DNA of 61,423 bases, filler included, from Jimgerdemannia flammicorona (lineage: Eukaryota): the NCBI GenBank assembly GCA_003990765.1. It is 3 parts of 3 records of this genome, joined end to end, with 100 filler letters (N's around TTAATTAATTAA, not from the genome) between each part and the next. Parts side by side here need not be neighbours in the genome. Positions count along the whole stretch, not along the records: positions 20,512 to 40,921 come from RBNJ01001691.1; positions 41,022 to 61,423 come from RBNJ01001692.1; 1 more part is not named here. One strand, given 5' to 3'. Shown here piece by piece: positions 35,142 through 46,715 of the stretch. The notes under the pieces were generated by a model. That model was not told where the DNA came from. It did no database searches and saw only the letters and a list, made by a program, of their open reading frames with translations. The position numbers and the translations under genes are program-made. The stretch's first letter is position 1; each line of letters begins with the position of its first letter.

Positions 35142-37172
35142 ATGGCGACCAACGAGCATCTGGAGGTGCATACTGGGCAGGGTGGCCCTGGAGCATTTGA
35201 ATGGCAGCAAGTTGGGAGAGGCCCCGGCTTGGGGGGAAGTATGAGGGGCCTGCTGGCGGGGGGCCGTGGTGGAAGAGGGGGTGGAGCTGGAGTTCAAGGG
35301 TCCGGCAGGGTGAGCTTTGCGGAGAAGGTGAAGGGGGGTCAATAGGGAGCTGGACTGGAGAGCTGGCTGAGAGGGGGGAAGGTACCGGTGGCGGCTTCCA
35401 GGCAGCAACCACTTGGAGGTGCCTCTCTGGAGGGCCATAGGAGTGGAGCTGGGGGGGTAGTGGCTGGGGCGGGGACTGCTGATGGGGGTGTGATGGGTGA
35501 TCTGGAAAAAAATCTAGATGGGACTGCTGATAGTGAGCCGAGCAGTGGGAAGGGCACGAGGCCCGGGGACCTGGTGGATGGTGTAACGGGGCTGGCGGTG
35601 ACTCTGTTACTCAAGAAGTCGATCTCAGCATTCGCAGTCACGCTGTGCTTCCAGGGCTTAGCAGTAACAGCAAAAATGGTGTTGGGGCTTATTGCTAAGC
35701 AGGTGGCAGGAGCGGCTTCGGTGAAGTTTCTGAAGGGACTGGAGGGGGTAGAGGTAGGATTTGAGGAGGTGGAACCGCTGGAGGAGGCGCTGAAGGTTGG
35801 GTTAGTGGTTGGGGAAGTGTATGTTCCAATGGCGAGGTGTTTGAAATGGGATCCGAGGGTGGTCCAACTGCTGGTGAAAGGAGTACCCATGGTGACAGTG
35901 ATGGAGACGAGGAAAAGAGTGGAGGATGTCATGGCGGAGTATGATAAGGTGGTAGATATCAGATTCAGGGTCTGGGAAGGGACTGCGCTCAGGACTGGGG
36001 ATGTGGATGTGAGGATTCGGCTAGCTGGGAAAGAGGCTACCGGGAAGACGAGGGACTGGCCTTTGGGATTGGTCTGGGGGGCTTTCCTGTGCAAGATGAT
36101 GTGGGTGAAAGGGAGTGAAGAAGAGGAGGAAGATTTATTGGAAGCGCTGGAGGAGCTGGATGGGGCTGTGGAATGGCGAGCTAAGGCCTGGAAGACTTTC
36201 GAGGAGTCGACACTCCTGGAGGTGGTGGATGGAAAGAGGATTCAAGTGGACAAGGTGCAGTGGGAAAGGGCTCAAGGGCGGAAGAGGCAGAAGGATTTGC
36301 TGGCCAAGCTGGGGGGTGGTCATCAGAAGGATGCAAGCATGAAGATGGGTACAGAAGGGGCCAGAGCGAGTGTCTGGGCTGGTGAGAGGAGTGGGAACAA
36401 AGGGGCAGGGTCCGGAAAGGCTAAGGAGGTAGAGATTAGAGACCTATATGCTGACGGCACCTTGGAGATTTGGGATGACGGCTGGGAGAACTCCCCCACC
36501 CCTTCCCCTCTAATCAGGCGTGGCTCAGCTTCCAGGAACAAGCCTGGGGAGGACGTGACGATGCTGGGAACCCAGCAGGTGAAATTCAGCATTCCGGAGG
36601 CATTGGATGGGGACCAAGTGGGGGCAGCAGGAGAGGAGGAACTGGTAGATGTCCCAGAGGTGTGGGATGAGGACGCGAGTGCGGGGGCAGACACCACGAT
36701 GCTGGATGGAGGGAGGCCGGCAACCCCTGGTGGTAAGGAGGTGGGGAACCTACTTTGGATGTGCCGGATGATGAATAACCTGGCGGCAGACGAGCTGGGG
36801 GAGGTGGACTTGTGTGGGATGGGTGATGAGCACTGGATGAGAATTTTGCAGGGGGAAGGAGTGGCAATGGCACTGAAGGCAGAAATTCTTGCGGTGTACC
36901 TGGCGGAGGAAGGGTATGAGGTGGATAAGGAGAGGGAGGCGGAGTTGGCAGTGGTTGCTGGGGAGAAGGCTGAGTACTGTTGGAACAGGCGTCATGGGTT
37001 GCAACTTTGGCAGGAGGCTTACATCGAGTACCATGAGGAGTTTGAGGAGAAGGCTGATGAGGAGATGAATGAGCTGTTGGCTGGACTGGAGGCTCAGAGG
37101 GCCGAAGAGGAGGAGGTGATGGCTGAACATAATCTGGACACAGCACAGGAGGAGAGGGGCATGGAGCAATAG
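35142..37172 (+). pseudogene. LINE ORF1 (Tx1-type RRM-like domain, acidic C-terminus), one premature TAG at 35343-35345
   Basis: ORFs 35142-35345 and 35388-37172 are in one frame. VQLLVKGVP...YDKVVDIRF...LRTGDVDVRIRL resembles L1/Tx1 ORF1 RRM. Confidence 0.85.
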
Positions 37173-37202
37173 GGATTGATTGGGAACAAACCATATTTTA
37201 TT

Positions 37203-40200
37203 ATGAACAGTACAACCAACATTTTTTCTTTGAATGTGAATGGGCTTAGGGGTGCAGCTAGATGCAGGAACATTTTTCTTTGGTTGAAGGGATTGGAGGC
37301 CAATCTCTTCCTCTTGCAGGATGTCAGGTGCGAGGATGATGCTGATAGGTTGGAATGTACTAAGGAATGGGGTGGCATGGCGATTTGGAACAGCAAGGTT
37401 GGGATTCTGGTTCGGAAAGGCAGAGGGGAGATAAAGGATGTGAGGAGCTGGGGGGAGAGACTGGTCTGGGGTGAGTGGATTCAAGCAGGTTGGGAGCCGG
37501 TCACAGTTGGCTCCTGTTACTGCCCTGTGGTGCGGGGGGAGTGTGTGGATTGGGTGAAAGGGCTACTGGAGAGTGGGATCCTTGCTGAAGCTGGGTTGGA
37601 TATGCTTGGAGGAGATTTCAATATGGTTTGGGATGTATGACTGGATAGAACTGATGGAGGATGGGGTGCGGAGAGTAGGAGTGGGGGGTTAGCGACATGG
37701 GAGGAGGTTGAAAGGCTAGGGGCACTGGTGGATGCTGGTAGGGAGCACTGGGGGGACAGGAGAGTATATACGCATTGGGCTGGTGGTCTGGGGACAAGGA
37801 TTGACTGGATTCTGACAGCCGACTGTTGGGGCCACGATGTCTGGAAGGTGTTAGAGGTTGAATGGTGCCCGTGGTCAGATCACTAGGGTCTCTTGGGACA
37901 GGGGTTTTTGGGGGTAGTAGAGATGGGCCTGGACATTGGTGCCTGAATTCCTCCTTGTTGGATGATGAGGTCCGGTGGGAGGAGTGGGCGAAAGACATTC
38001 AGCTGAAGGTGGTGAATTGGCGGCAGGAAGGGGCAGTGATTGGGGTTTGGTGGATGAGGATGAAAGAGATGGCCAGGATGTATTGGAGCGAGGCTGGCAG
38101 AGTGGCTGGGAAGCAGCAGAGGCAGAAAGTACATTGGGCTTCTACTAGATTGGCTAGGCTCCTGGAGGAGTGGGCGAGACTGGCTGCAGTGGAGGAAGAA
38201 GAGGATTGGAGAATTACGAGGGTGAGGATGGAGGTTGGGGAACTGCAACAGGTGCTGCGGGAAGAGGAAGAGTCAAGGGTGCAAGGTCTGGTGGCTTGAC
38301 TTCGTTGGCAGGGGGTGGAGGAAGGGGAGAGGCCTTCCAAGTTTCTCACAAGGACACTTTGGGTGAGAAGGGTACAGCAGCGGTGGGAAGGGGTACTTGA
38401 CTCAGATGATGTACTAGTGCATGGTGTACAGGACATCCTTGGAATGCTGAAGGCATGATGGAGTGGATTGTGGAGTGAGGAGGAGGGTGGGGCAGATGCT
38501 ACCGCCATTGACCAAACATTAGAAGATTGGTACCCACTGCAAGCTGAGGGACTAGGTGATCTGGTGATGCCAGTAAAGGAGGACGAGATCCACCAGGTTC
38601 TTGCTGCAACAGCCTTGGGTACGGCGTCTGGGAAGGATGGCCTCCCCTGGGATTTCTGGAAGCGAATGGTTGGAGTCCCAGGCATATTGGGGGAGTTGAC
38701 AGCACTGTGTGACTCTATATTGCAGTCAGGGAGATGGGTGGGGGAGCAGGACCTTGGGCTGGTGACACTGCTCTATAAGAACAAGGGAAGGCGAGAGGAT
38801 TGGAGGAACTGGCGGCCGATAATGCTGTTAGATATAGACAGGAAGTTGGTGACTAAGGTGGTGGTCGCAAGGCTACAGAAGGTGGCCCAGCAGATTGTGG
38901 GTGTTGAACAGAGGGGCTTCATTGGGGGTCAGCTTATTAGAGATGGCACAGCCTGGGTACATGGAGTTATTGAAGATGCTCGAGCCTGTGGACTAGATGG
39001 GTGTCTTGTCTTCTTGGATGAGGAGAAGGCTTATGATGGGGTACGGCGGGTCTGGCTGGTGAAAGTATTGGATAGAATTGGAGTTCCGGCCTCATTTCGG
39101 TTGGCAATGGTCAGCCCTACTGGAAAGGAGTAGGGCTGCGCTGGTGTGCAATGGACATCGAGGGGTGGCTTTCCCGTTGGGCAGGGGAGTGCCCCAGGGG
39201 GACCCACTGTCCCCCATTTTGTATGCTCTTTCTTTGGAACCTCTCATGGATAGGATTTGGTGGAGGATCGTGGGACTATCTATCTATGGAGTTGGCTGGA
39301 AGGTTGGAGCCTTTGCAGATGACATGGTGGTTGGTTTGGGGGTGACTGCAGATGTCAAGGAGCTCCAGAAGACAGTGGAGTAGTATGAGGCGAACTCTGG
39401 GGCAAAGCTGAATTGGCACAAGTGTGAGACAATGGTGCTGGGCAATGGCTTGGTGGGTGGGGAAGTTATTGGAACAATTGTCCCCACCGGAGAGGCAGTG
39501 CGGTACTTGGGCATCTATTTGTTGGTCTACAGGTCTGTTTTGCCCAGGCTGTAGTGGGAGCAGAGGATTGGAATTTGGGAGGAAGACCTGTGGGGTTGGG
39601 GAGGTAGACACTTCTCTCTGGCAGGAAGGATCTCGATTTTGAATGTTTACTGGCTGCCGAAGCTGTGGTATTTGGCCTATCATCTGGACTTCCCAGCCTG
39701 GGTGGTGAAGAGATTAGTAAAGGTGGCCAAGGGATGGATTTGGGCTGGCAGACGGAGTCAGATTGGTTGGGAGACTCTGTCCCTACTGGTGACAAGAGGT
39801 GGTCTTGGGCTAGTGGACTTCCCCAAAAGACTACACTGCTTGCGGGCTTGGTGGCTGAGGAGGGCAGTGGAGTTGCATAGAGGGGGCTGGGTCCCCTTGC
39901 TGCAGAAGATATGGGAGGGGAGGACATCACCTAGAGGCTTGACTGGCGATCTTCTTTCATTGGTAGGCTTCAGAACACTGCACAACTGAGATATAAAGGC
40001 TTCTGGTGGGGTATAGCCGAGGGGGCACACCACATTGGTATTCGCTGGCAAGGGGATGAGGGGGAGAGAGCTTGGGGCCCAGCGATGTGGAGATGGGATT
40101 GCATTCTTCTAGGAGGCATGCCTTTACTGGAGTTCAACATTAGTGATGGCATCGAATGCCAAAGGGGACCAGGCCTGGATCTGTGGCCTAGCAGTTGGCA

Positions 40201-40858
40201 AGGAGTTGGAATTGGTGAGGAGTGGGACTGGCATGGGGTTTGGACCTGGAGTGCCGCAGTGAAAAATTGGATGCCGCCGAAGTACTGGATAGTCTGGTGG
40301 CGTGTGCTGAGGAGGAATGTGATGCTTAACTTCCACTCAGGACACCTTGTTGTTGGGGGCTGCTTTGACTGTGAGGAGTGCCATAATGTAGGGCAGGAAG
40401 GGGGATTGGTACAGACACCAGAACATTGGCTAGGGGAGTGTGAGGTGTTGGGAGACTTTTGGCAGGCCATTGGGGACCACTTGGGGGTAAGGCGTAGGGG
40501 TGATGATGTACGGGGGAGGTGGGAGGACCTGAGGGATCGATTGATAGGAGGGGTAGGGGAAGAGTGGATTACGCTAGGCTGGGCATTGGCTATTTGGGTT
40601 GGGCTGGCTGGACACTGGCTATTTGTATTTGTGGAGGAGAAGCGACAGAGCTTGGGGAGCCAGTTAGCAAGGTGGCAGTTCCTTATGGAGGATACCTTGA
40701 TGGGATGGTGGCTTGGCTGGGGGCTGCAGGGGGGTCAGAGGTGCCGCTTAGTGGTGAAAATCTGTGGTCAGAGTGGTGGGAGAGTTGGAGTTGTTGGCGA
40801 GAGGGTGGTCTTTATACATGAGGAGGTGGGGTGGGGCCCCCCGATGGGGATTGGTTAG
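37203..40858 (+). pseudogene. LINE ORF2 (APE-RT-Zn finger) with stops/frameshifts
   Basis: SLNVNGL, LLQD, GGDFN, IDW, SDH; WRPIMLLDIDRKL, LDEEKAYD, GVPQGDPLSP, AFADD, YLG; CEEC...EHWLGEC. Confidence 0.93.
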
Positions 40859-40921
40859 TGGGTGGTTATATTGTATACGTATTCATAGACTGGTAATAAA
40901 GACGGAGTCCAAGAGACTATA

Positions 40922-41021
40922 NNNNNNNNNNNNNNNNNNNNNNNNNNNNNNNNNNNNNNNNNNNNTTAATTAATTAANNNNNNNNNNNNNNNNNNNNNNN
41001 NNNNNNNNNNNNNNNNNNNNN
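40922..41021. other. Assembly gap with TTAATTAATTAA spacer
   Basis: N-runs with linker. Confidence 0.95.
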
Positions 41022-41038
41022 AAAAAAGTTCAATTCAC

Positions 41039-41356
41039 CTCTGGAGACATGGAAATGTCTATCTCCTTCAGAGCGTAAAGTTCGTCCTCGTCAGCTCCCG
41101 GCCAGTGCACGGTGGCCTTCCAGACTCTAGCAAAGCCACCCTCGCCCAAAATTTCGAGGTTCTGAAACCTGTTGAAGGGGATCCAGAGGAGATATTCGGT
41201 GAGTTCGGACACGTTCAGTGTCTCGAGGTGGGCAGCGAGTTCGGCGTCGTCTTCGGGGAATGTTTCCTTGTGGGATTGTATTTTCTGCTTGTCCTCCGGG
41301 CTGAGGGTGCCTTTTGCAAACAGGTCCTTTGCATCCTTGAGGCGGTCCACGTCCAT
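41039..41356 (-). CDS. Protein kinase (TKL-like), first exon; remainder lost in gap
   Basis: WIPFNRFQNLEILGEGGFARVWKA...YALKEI (Gly loop and VAIK-type Lys). Probable GT donor (GAG|gtgaat) at 41038. Confidence 0.8.
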
Positions 41357-41490
41357 TTCAGTTTGAAGGGAACTGCTGCGCTAGGAAGGGTTCCGTGGGT
41401 ATATATATATATACGCGCGGGGGGGTTGAGTCACGTGAGGCGGGCGTCCACCAAGCCACCGCTTCCTTCTCGCCCTTGTGTCGCATCCCC
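41357..41490. promoter_or_regulatory. Compact bidirectional promoter
   Basis: 134 bp between divergent ATGs, with a (TA)n TATA-like tract at 41400-41413 and palindromic TCACGTGA at 41431-41438. Confidence 0.55.
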
Positions 41491-43260
41491 ATGGCTCTCT
41501 TCGACGACATCCCAAACGAAATCCTCGTTCGCATCCTTATGAATGTAAACGATATCCGCAACATCCTCCACTGCGAACGTGTCTGCCATCGCTTCGCAGA
41601 CATCGTCCAGGATGACCACTTCAAGGCCTGCTGGCTGGTCACAAAGTTTGGCACTCGCAAAGCTCTCGGCTCCGCTGTTCTCCACAGCCTCAATGCTGGC
41701 CTCAAGACCGGCTACGAGAAAATGCTGAATGACAACGTTGCCATGCTACTCGTCTCCAAAGGCACAGACCTTCACGCCATCAAGGACCTCCCCCTCGTCT
41801 GGGCCGCCTCCAGAGGTCATTGCACCCTCTTCGCCCGCCTCCTCGACGCCCAAGCCCCCGAAACTGACAGAATGATTCCCGAGAACGCGCACCAGTCCCA
41901 CCTGAATTTTCCCTGGGCCGCCTCCATTTTGGGTTGGTACACCTCCCTCTACTCCATGTCCCCCTACCCGCGAGAGATCATCGGCCTGAGTGAGGCCTCC
42001 CCGCCTGCCAAACCCCTAGACTTTGCCCTACACGCCGCCTGCGCCGCGGGCATGGACCACATCGTCCGCCAGATTGTTGATCAGTCACGCATCCCCGTTA
42101 ATATCAACTCGTCGAACAGCTTTGCCCTCCGCGTCAGCACGGCAGGCGCCCACGTCAAGGTAATTGAGCTTCTGCTCGCGCGCGGCGCCCATCCGCACCA
42201 CGATACCTTTACTGTGTGCCTAGACAAGTACGATGACCACATCAAGAAGTCCGATCCAGCCCGCGCCTCCGTCTACCGCGACATTTTTGCCCTCCTCTTC
42301 GCTGCCGGTGGCTGCTTCGCCTCTCGGCAGCAGGCCATCCACCTCCTCGAACGCCTCTACCACAACTTCGATGCTACATGGGTCGACAACATGTGCCTCG
42401 TGTCCGCCAGCGACCAATGCGAACAGGATGACCTCGCCCACCTAGCCCTCGAGATGCTCCGCGACGACAATCCGGGCATTGCGGTGTCCCTCCTCTCCTG
42501 CGTCCACGTTCCAAACCGTCTCGTCCGCCTCATCACAGACGTCTCCAGAAACGTCATTGCGCACAACCTCCTCTCCCCAACCCCGGATCTCCTCCTCGTT
42601 CTCGCCATCCAGGAGCGTAACCCGGAGTTTCTCCACCACCTCCTCCTCCACGACCACACCCGCGCCCGCCTCTTCGCCCACCCCTGGTGCATCTCCCTCG
42701 CCCACTCCGCCCGCCCGAGCCCGGAGATCCTCCACATCTTCACGCTCTTCAACTTCAAGCCATTTCTAGTCCACCAGGTGGTTTTCCGCGACACCGATTC
42801 ATGCGTACATCACCTTGACAATTTCCTCGCCCACTGCCCGACGGCTTCCCGCCAGCGCAGCCTCGACACCGCCCTCAGGCACCACGTCCGTCTCGACGAC
42901 GTTAAGGTCATCAATGCGCTTACCGCGCTGGGGGCGTCGGCCGAGTCCGATGGCGTGCAGCGCCTGCTCAATGATGCGGCCGAGCTGCAGAGACTGCAGC
43001 CGGAGACGCTGGCGGCACTGGTGCCAAAGGTGAAGAGGCTGAGACCGAAGTTGATGGCATTGCTGGCCAGGTCAAGCGGCGTGAGATTGAGGGAGATTTT
43101 TGAGTCGGGCAGGATGGATTGGGAGAGATGGGGAAATCAGATGGTTGAGGCCGTGATCAGGGCCGAGAATCGGGGGGCCGTGGAGGTCATATTGAGCGGG
43201 AGCTATGCTAAGTTGGATATGTCAATTGGTGGAGGAGAGTGGCACTCAGAGGAGGAATGA
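41491..43260 (+). CDS. F-box and ankyrin-repeat protein (589 aa, intronless)
   Basis: N-terminal F-box DIPNEILVRIL...VCHRFADI; ankyrin-like LPLVWAASRGH, FALHAACAAG, FALRVSTAGAHVKVIELLLARGA, TALRHHVRLDDVKVINALTALGA. C-rich third codon positions. Confidence 0.88.
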   Translation: MALFDDIPNEILVRILMNVNDIRNILHCERVCHRFADIVQDDHFKACWLVTKFGTRKALGSAVLHSLNAGLKTGYEKMLNDNVAMLLVSKGTDLHAIKDLPLVWAASRGHCTLFARLLDAQAPETDRMIPENAHQSHLNFPWAASILGWYTSLYSMSPYPREIIGLSEASPPAKPLDFALHAACAAGMDHIVRQIVDQSRIPVNINSSNSFALRVSTAGAHVKVIELLLARGAHPHHDTFTVCLDKYDDHIKKSDPARASVYRDIFALLFAAGGCFASRQQAIHLLERLYHNFDATWVDNMCLVSASDQCEQDDLAHLALEMLRDDNPGIAVSLLSCVHVPNRLVRLITDVSRNVIAHNLLSPTPDLLLVLAIQERNPEFLHHLLLHDHTRARLFAHPWCISLAHSARPSPEILHIFTLFNFKPFLVHQVVFRDTDSCVHHLDNFLAHCPTASRQRSLDTALRHHVRLDDVKVINALTALGASAESDGVQRLLNDAAELQRLQPETLAALVPKVKRLRPKLMALLARSSGVRLREIFESGRMDWERWGNQMVEAVIRAENRGAVEVILSGSYAKLDMSIGGGEWHSEEE

Positions 43261-44403
43261 ATTGGAATGCCTCCGGTTATTTGGGATGGGCGAGGTGAGT
43301 TGTAAGGATAAAGATGCCAAAAAAAAAAAAAAAAAAAAAAAAAAAATTATTTCGGGGTTTTTTTATTTTGTCAGTCCATAACCGAAATAATGCTGTACAC
43401 TCATAGTGGTTTCTCACTCTTGTTTTCTACCGTTGTAGTTTTTATTTTTTATTTTTAACGAATACTACATAAAGACAGCGGCACCAACAAGGAGCGCAAC
43501 CGACCCTTCACTCGCATCTGTTCAAAAGCACCGCTTTATCCATCTCAACAGGACCCCCTGTGGGTCGCCGCCGCCGGGGGAGCACGAGAGACAGGGCGAG
43601 ACGCGAGCTGTTTGTTCTCTTCAGTGGGGCTGGGTGGGTGCTCTTTCCCGAGAATCGAATCCGCGCACTATGTTGCGATTCAACGAGGACAGGACTAACA
43701 TCCAGGCGACAATATCGAAATCCCGGACAATGTCATTGCAGCGAAGCACAGCTTTGGTATCATCTATATATATCGGTGAGAATGCGGATAAGGATCTCGT
43801 TGGGAACGTTCACGAAGAAATGCCAAATTAGAACAGTGGCGAATATTTATAATAAATGGCGATCACATGACGACGACTGTTTATCGCATAGAAGCTTGGG
43901 CCATGCTGCGCCAAGGACAAGGTGCGTGCCACAGCAGAGAACAAAGATCGCCACGAGCGTGAAAAAGGTCGATGCATTTGACCCTGTTGAACCTTCTAGG
44001 AGAATCTATGCCCACCGCTGATTTGGGGTTCCGATCTTGAGTCATGTGATATTTAACGCCTCGTTGTCTCAAATCCCTCCCATCACTCACCAAGAAAAAA
44101 AAAAAAAAGACAAAGTCTGATGGATGTCGATCACCCACGCACGCCATAGGCCCAACACCCACAACCAAGTGGTCTACGTCATGTCTCGCACCTGGCGCAG
44201 TCTTGTCATAAATCCGTCACACCCATGTCCGCATAAAGGGGCCCACAAAGCCGCTCCCGAGACACATCTCACCCCTCGCCCCTCCCTCTGACCGACGCCG
44301 CCTCGACACCCGCCTCCAACTCACACGTAACTTGCTCAAAGCGACAAATCCAGCACACACACGACACGTCCACACACCGACACACAGTCACACAATATCT
44401 ACC

Positions 44404-44802
44404 ATGTCCACCCAGCGCAAGATCAAGAAAACTTCCGCCACCTCTGCCACCTCCACCGCCTCCGAAACGACCACCGCCTCGACGGCGCTGACGGAGCTGA
44501 CTTCGGCCTCGACCCCGGGCTCACCCATGTCAGGCGACGAGTCCGAGGAGATGCTGTTCCCACCACAGGAGCTCAAACAGCCTCCCAAGATGTCGCTACC
44601 ATCCGTCGCTTGGTCGTCCAATGAAGACGCGTTGCTTTGGCGCCTCGTACTCGCTAGCGTCAAACCCAACTGGACACAGGTTACCAAGGACCTGAACACC
44701 GCCACGGACGGAAGCAGGTCCAAGGGCTCTGTTGAGAAGCATTGGATGAGGATGTCCAACAAAGTCAAGGGGGAGGTACGGGTTAGGGGAAGCAAGGGGT
44801 AG
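44404..44802 (+). CDS. Small Myb/SANT-like domain protein (132 aa)
   Basis: WSSNEDALL...PNWTQV...RSKGSVEKHW (three spaced Trp) after an S/T-rich N-terminus; good ACCATG context. A possible donor at ~44776 could alter the C-terminus. Confidence 0.75.
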   Translation: MSTQRKIKKTSATSATSTASETTTASTALTELTSASTPGSPMSGDESEEMLFPPQELKQPPKMSLPSVAWSSNEDALLWRLVLASVKPNWTQVTKDLNTATDGSRSKGSVEKHWMRMSNKVKGEVRVRGSKG

Positions 44803-45829
44803 GAGAGTTAGGACCGTTGGCTGGAAGGGGAGGGAGAGCTGGGGAAAAATGCCCAATAAAACAATTGCGGATGGATTCCAAAGCCGCGGTGCATGAATAT
44901 ATACCAATAATCTGAGGAACTGCGTGAAAAATCACCATGCAATCGTCGCCTCGTAGATAGCCCGTAGCAAGCTTCCATTTCGTATCTCACCTACCATAGC
45001 TTTGTAAATGCAAAAAGAAAACGAACCCAATCCCATTAGAGTAGCTCGAGTTGAAACGGCTTTGCTTTGTGCAGAATTTTTGACAAAAATAATAATAATA
45101 TTCAGCGTTGTTCGCTTGCAATGCACGATGCCGGTTTCCATTTACATGCGGTCTTTTGTCGGAATTTCACACCCAAAGTTGGAAATTGCGGCAGGTGATA
45201 TGGTGAATGCGGTTCGCAGCTGCGGATTGGCGCTCCTCTGGTTGTAACCGACGCGCTCAAAATAAATACGTATATTATATAATATAAATGGTGGTTATCT
45301 CAAATTAAAGGAAGAGGATGGCGTGACGGAGGCGTACCCTTGCAAATAGTTTATTTATATTATATTAAGTGTAGAGACCTTTCGAAATTGGCCATTGTCA
45401 AAACTGTATTATATTCATCCCTACAGATCTCTCTGAACCTCACACCGTACGACCAATACGCTTTGTAGACTGCAAAATTCATCAAGACCATTTTTATTCA
45501 CAATCATGTCCCTATATTTATGGTAAAATGACCAAAGTTGCACATGCAGTAATTGCCGTCGTTTTTTCTTGTAGAAGGATCAGACACAGAAGGAACACCT
45601 GCCTAAATCTGAACACATGCAATGCACACAACAAAACTTCACATCCATCATGTTGTTCGTAACGATCGCCACGAAAACCACCACGAAAGCCAGCAACATC
45701 ATCCCAACCGCATCTCTTCAGACCTCAAGGACATCGACCGCCAGTTTCGTCGCGCTCCTCAGCAGCGCCTTACCACGTTTCACTTGCGCCTCCATCTCAT
45801 CTTCCTCATACCCAGAGCCGTATCCAGAA

Positions 45830-46715
45830 TCACTTGTTACGGGCATTGGTTCCTCCGGTACTAGAACCACCTCCCCCCGTCGTTGGACCCCCGGTTGGAC
45901 CCCCGGTGGAACCCCCGGTTGAACCCCCGGTTGAACCCCCGGTTGAACCCCCGGTTGTAACCCCGGTTGGAACCCCCGTTGAACTCGCTGAGTGACTCCC
46001 GGTGGTAGGGGCAGCACTTTTGTCGCGTTCGCGAGCCCCGTCCTTGGCGACTTCGGCGTAGGTGGCACTTTTCTCTCCGGCACCCCCAGTGAGTCCGCGG
46101 CTCCTCTCGGCACCATGCTGAATGGAAGCGGCTGGGGGCCTCTTCATGCCGTGGCTGGTGGGAGGGCCGGTGCCAAAGAAGTAAGAGACGACGGTACGGG
46201 TTGCGTTGTAGATCCCGCGGGTGATGAGGTAGCCACCCAGGACAATAGCTGAGACACAGAAGGTGAAAAAGAGGACGGGAACGAGGGCCACAAGACCGAG
46301 ACCCAGGGCGCCGGCGACGACGAGGAGCCAGGCAACGATGGTAAAACCCGTGATACCGGTTGTGGCGAGGAAGGCGAAAGACGAGAAGACAAGAAGTGGG
46401 ATGCCGGAAAGAATGCCGAAAATCGACGAGAATGTGCGAACCGCGTGGCTGGGGGTGGACAATTGGCCAATGCAGGTATCGGTAAGGTTGCGAAAATATT
46501 CCGATAGTTCTCCATGTGATAGGACTCTACTCTATTGATGATACTCACTATTGCCAAGCCGAAGAGGCCATGTTCTTTGTCTTGCCCCAGATGAACCCAA
46601 TCCTACCCGAATGGACGCCGAGAGACTCAGCCGCCTTGTGCGCCTTCTCCTGTGTTATCAAGGAAAGGTCTTTCGCACCGTAGGGATCCATGGTTTTTGG
46701 ATTTGGGGTAGACAT
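45830..46715 (-). CDS. LDAF1: Promethin/LDAF1-like lipid-droplet membrane protein (2 exons: 46715-46549, 46448-45830; ~261 aa)
   Basis: A GTGAGT...CAG 100-bp intron keeps the frame. Long hydrophobic hairpin region LSGIPLLVFSSFAFLATT...LGLGLVALVPVLF; G/T/S-rich tail; TCACGTGA at 46801-46808 upstream. Family assignment is by motif recall. Confidence 0.7.
45884..45984. repeat. 12-bp coding minisatellite (GAACCCCCGGTT)~8 encoding TGGS repeats
   Basis: Directly visible tandem units. Confidence 0.9.

Larger units (their letters stand above)
35062..40921 (+). mobile_element. Full-length L1/Tx1-like LINE (~5.85 kb), least decayed copy
   Basis: Short 5' UTR, ORF1, ORF2, then AATAAA at 40895 and the start of poly(A) at the gap. 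Retains many CpGs. Confidence 0.95.

Noticed and set aside
35339..38685. Long antisense ORFs over the L1-like element (and similar ones over other TEs and the F-box gene)
   Set aside because: Shadow ORFs from strand-biased composition; low-complexity S/P/T products.
45718..46116. Alternative-frame ORF with PGVQ repeats overlapping the promethin-like gene
   Set aside because: Frame stays open mainly because of the stop-free 12-bp minisatellite. No ATG or splice route into this frame was identified.
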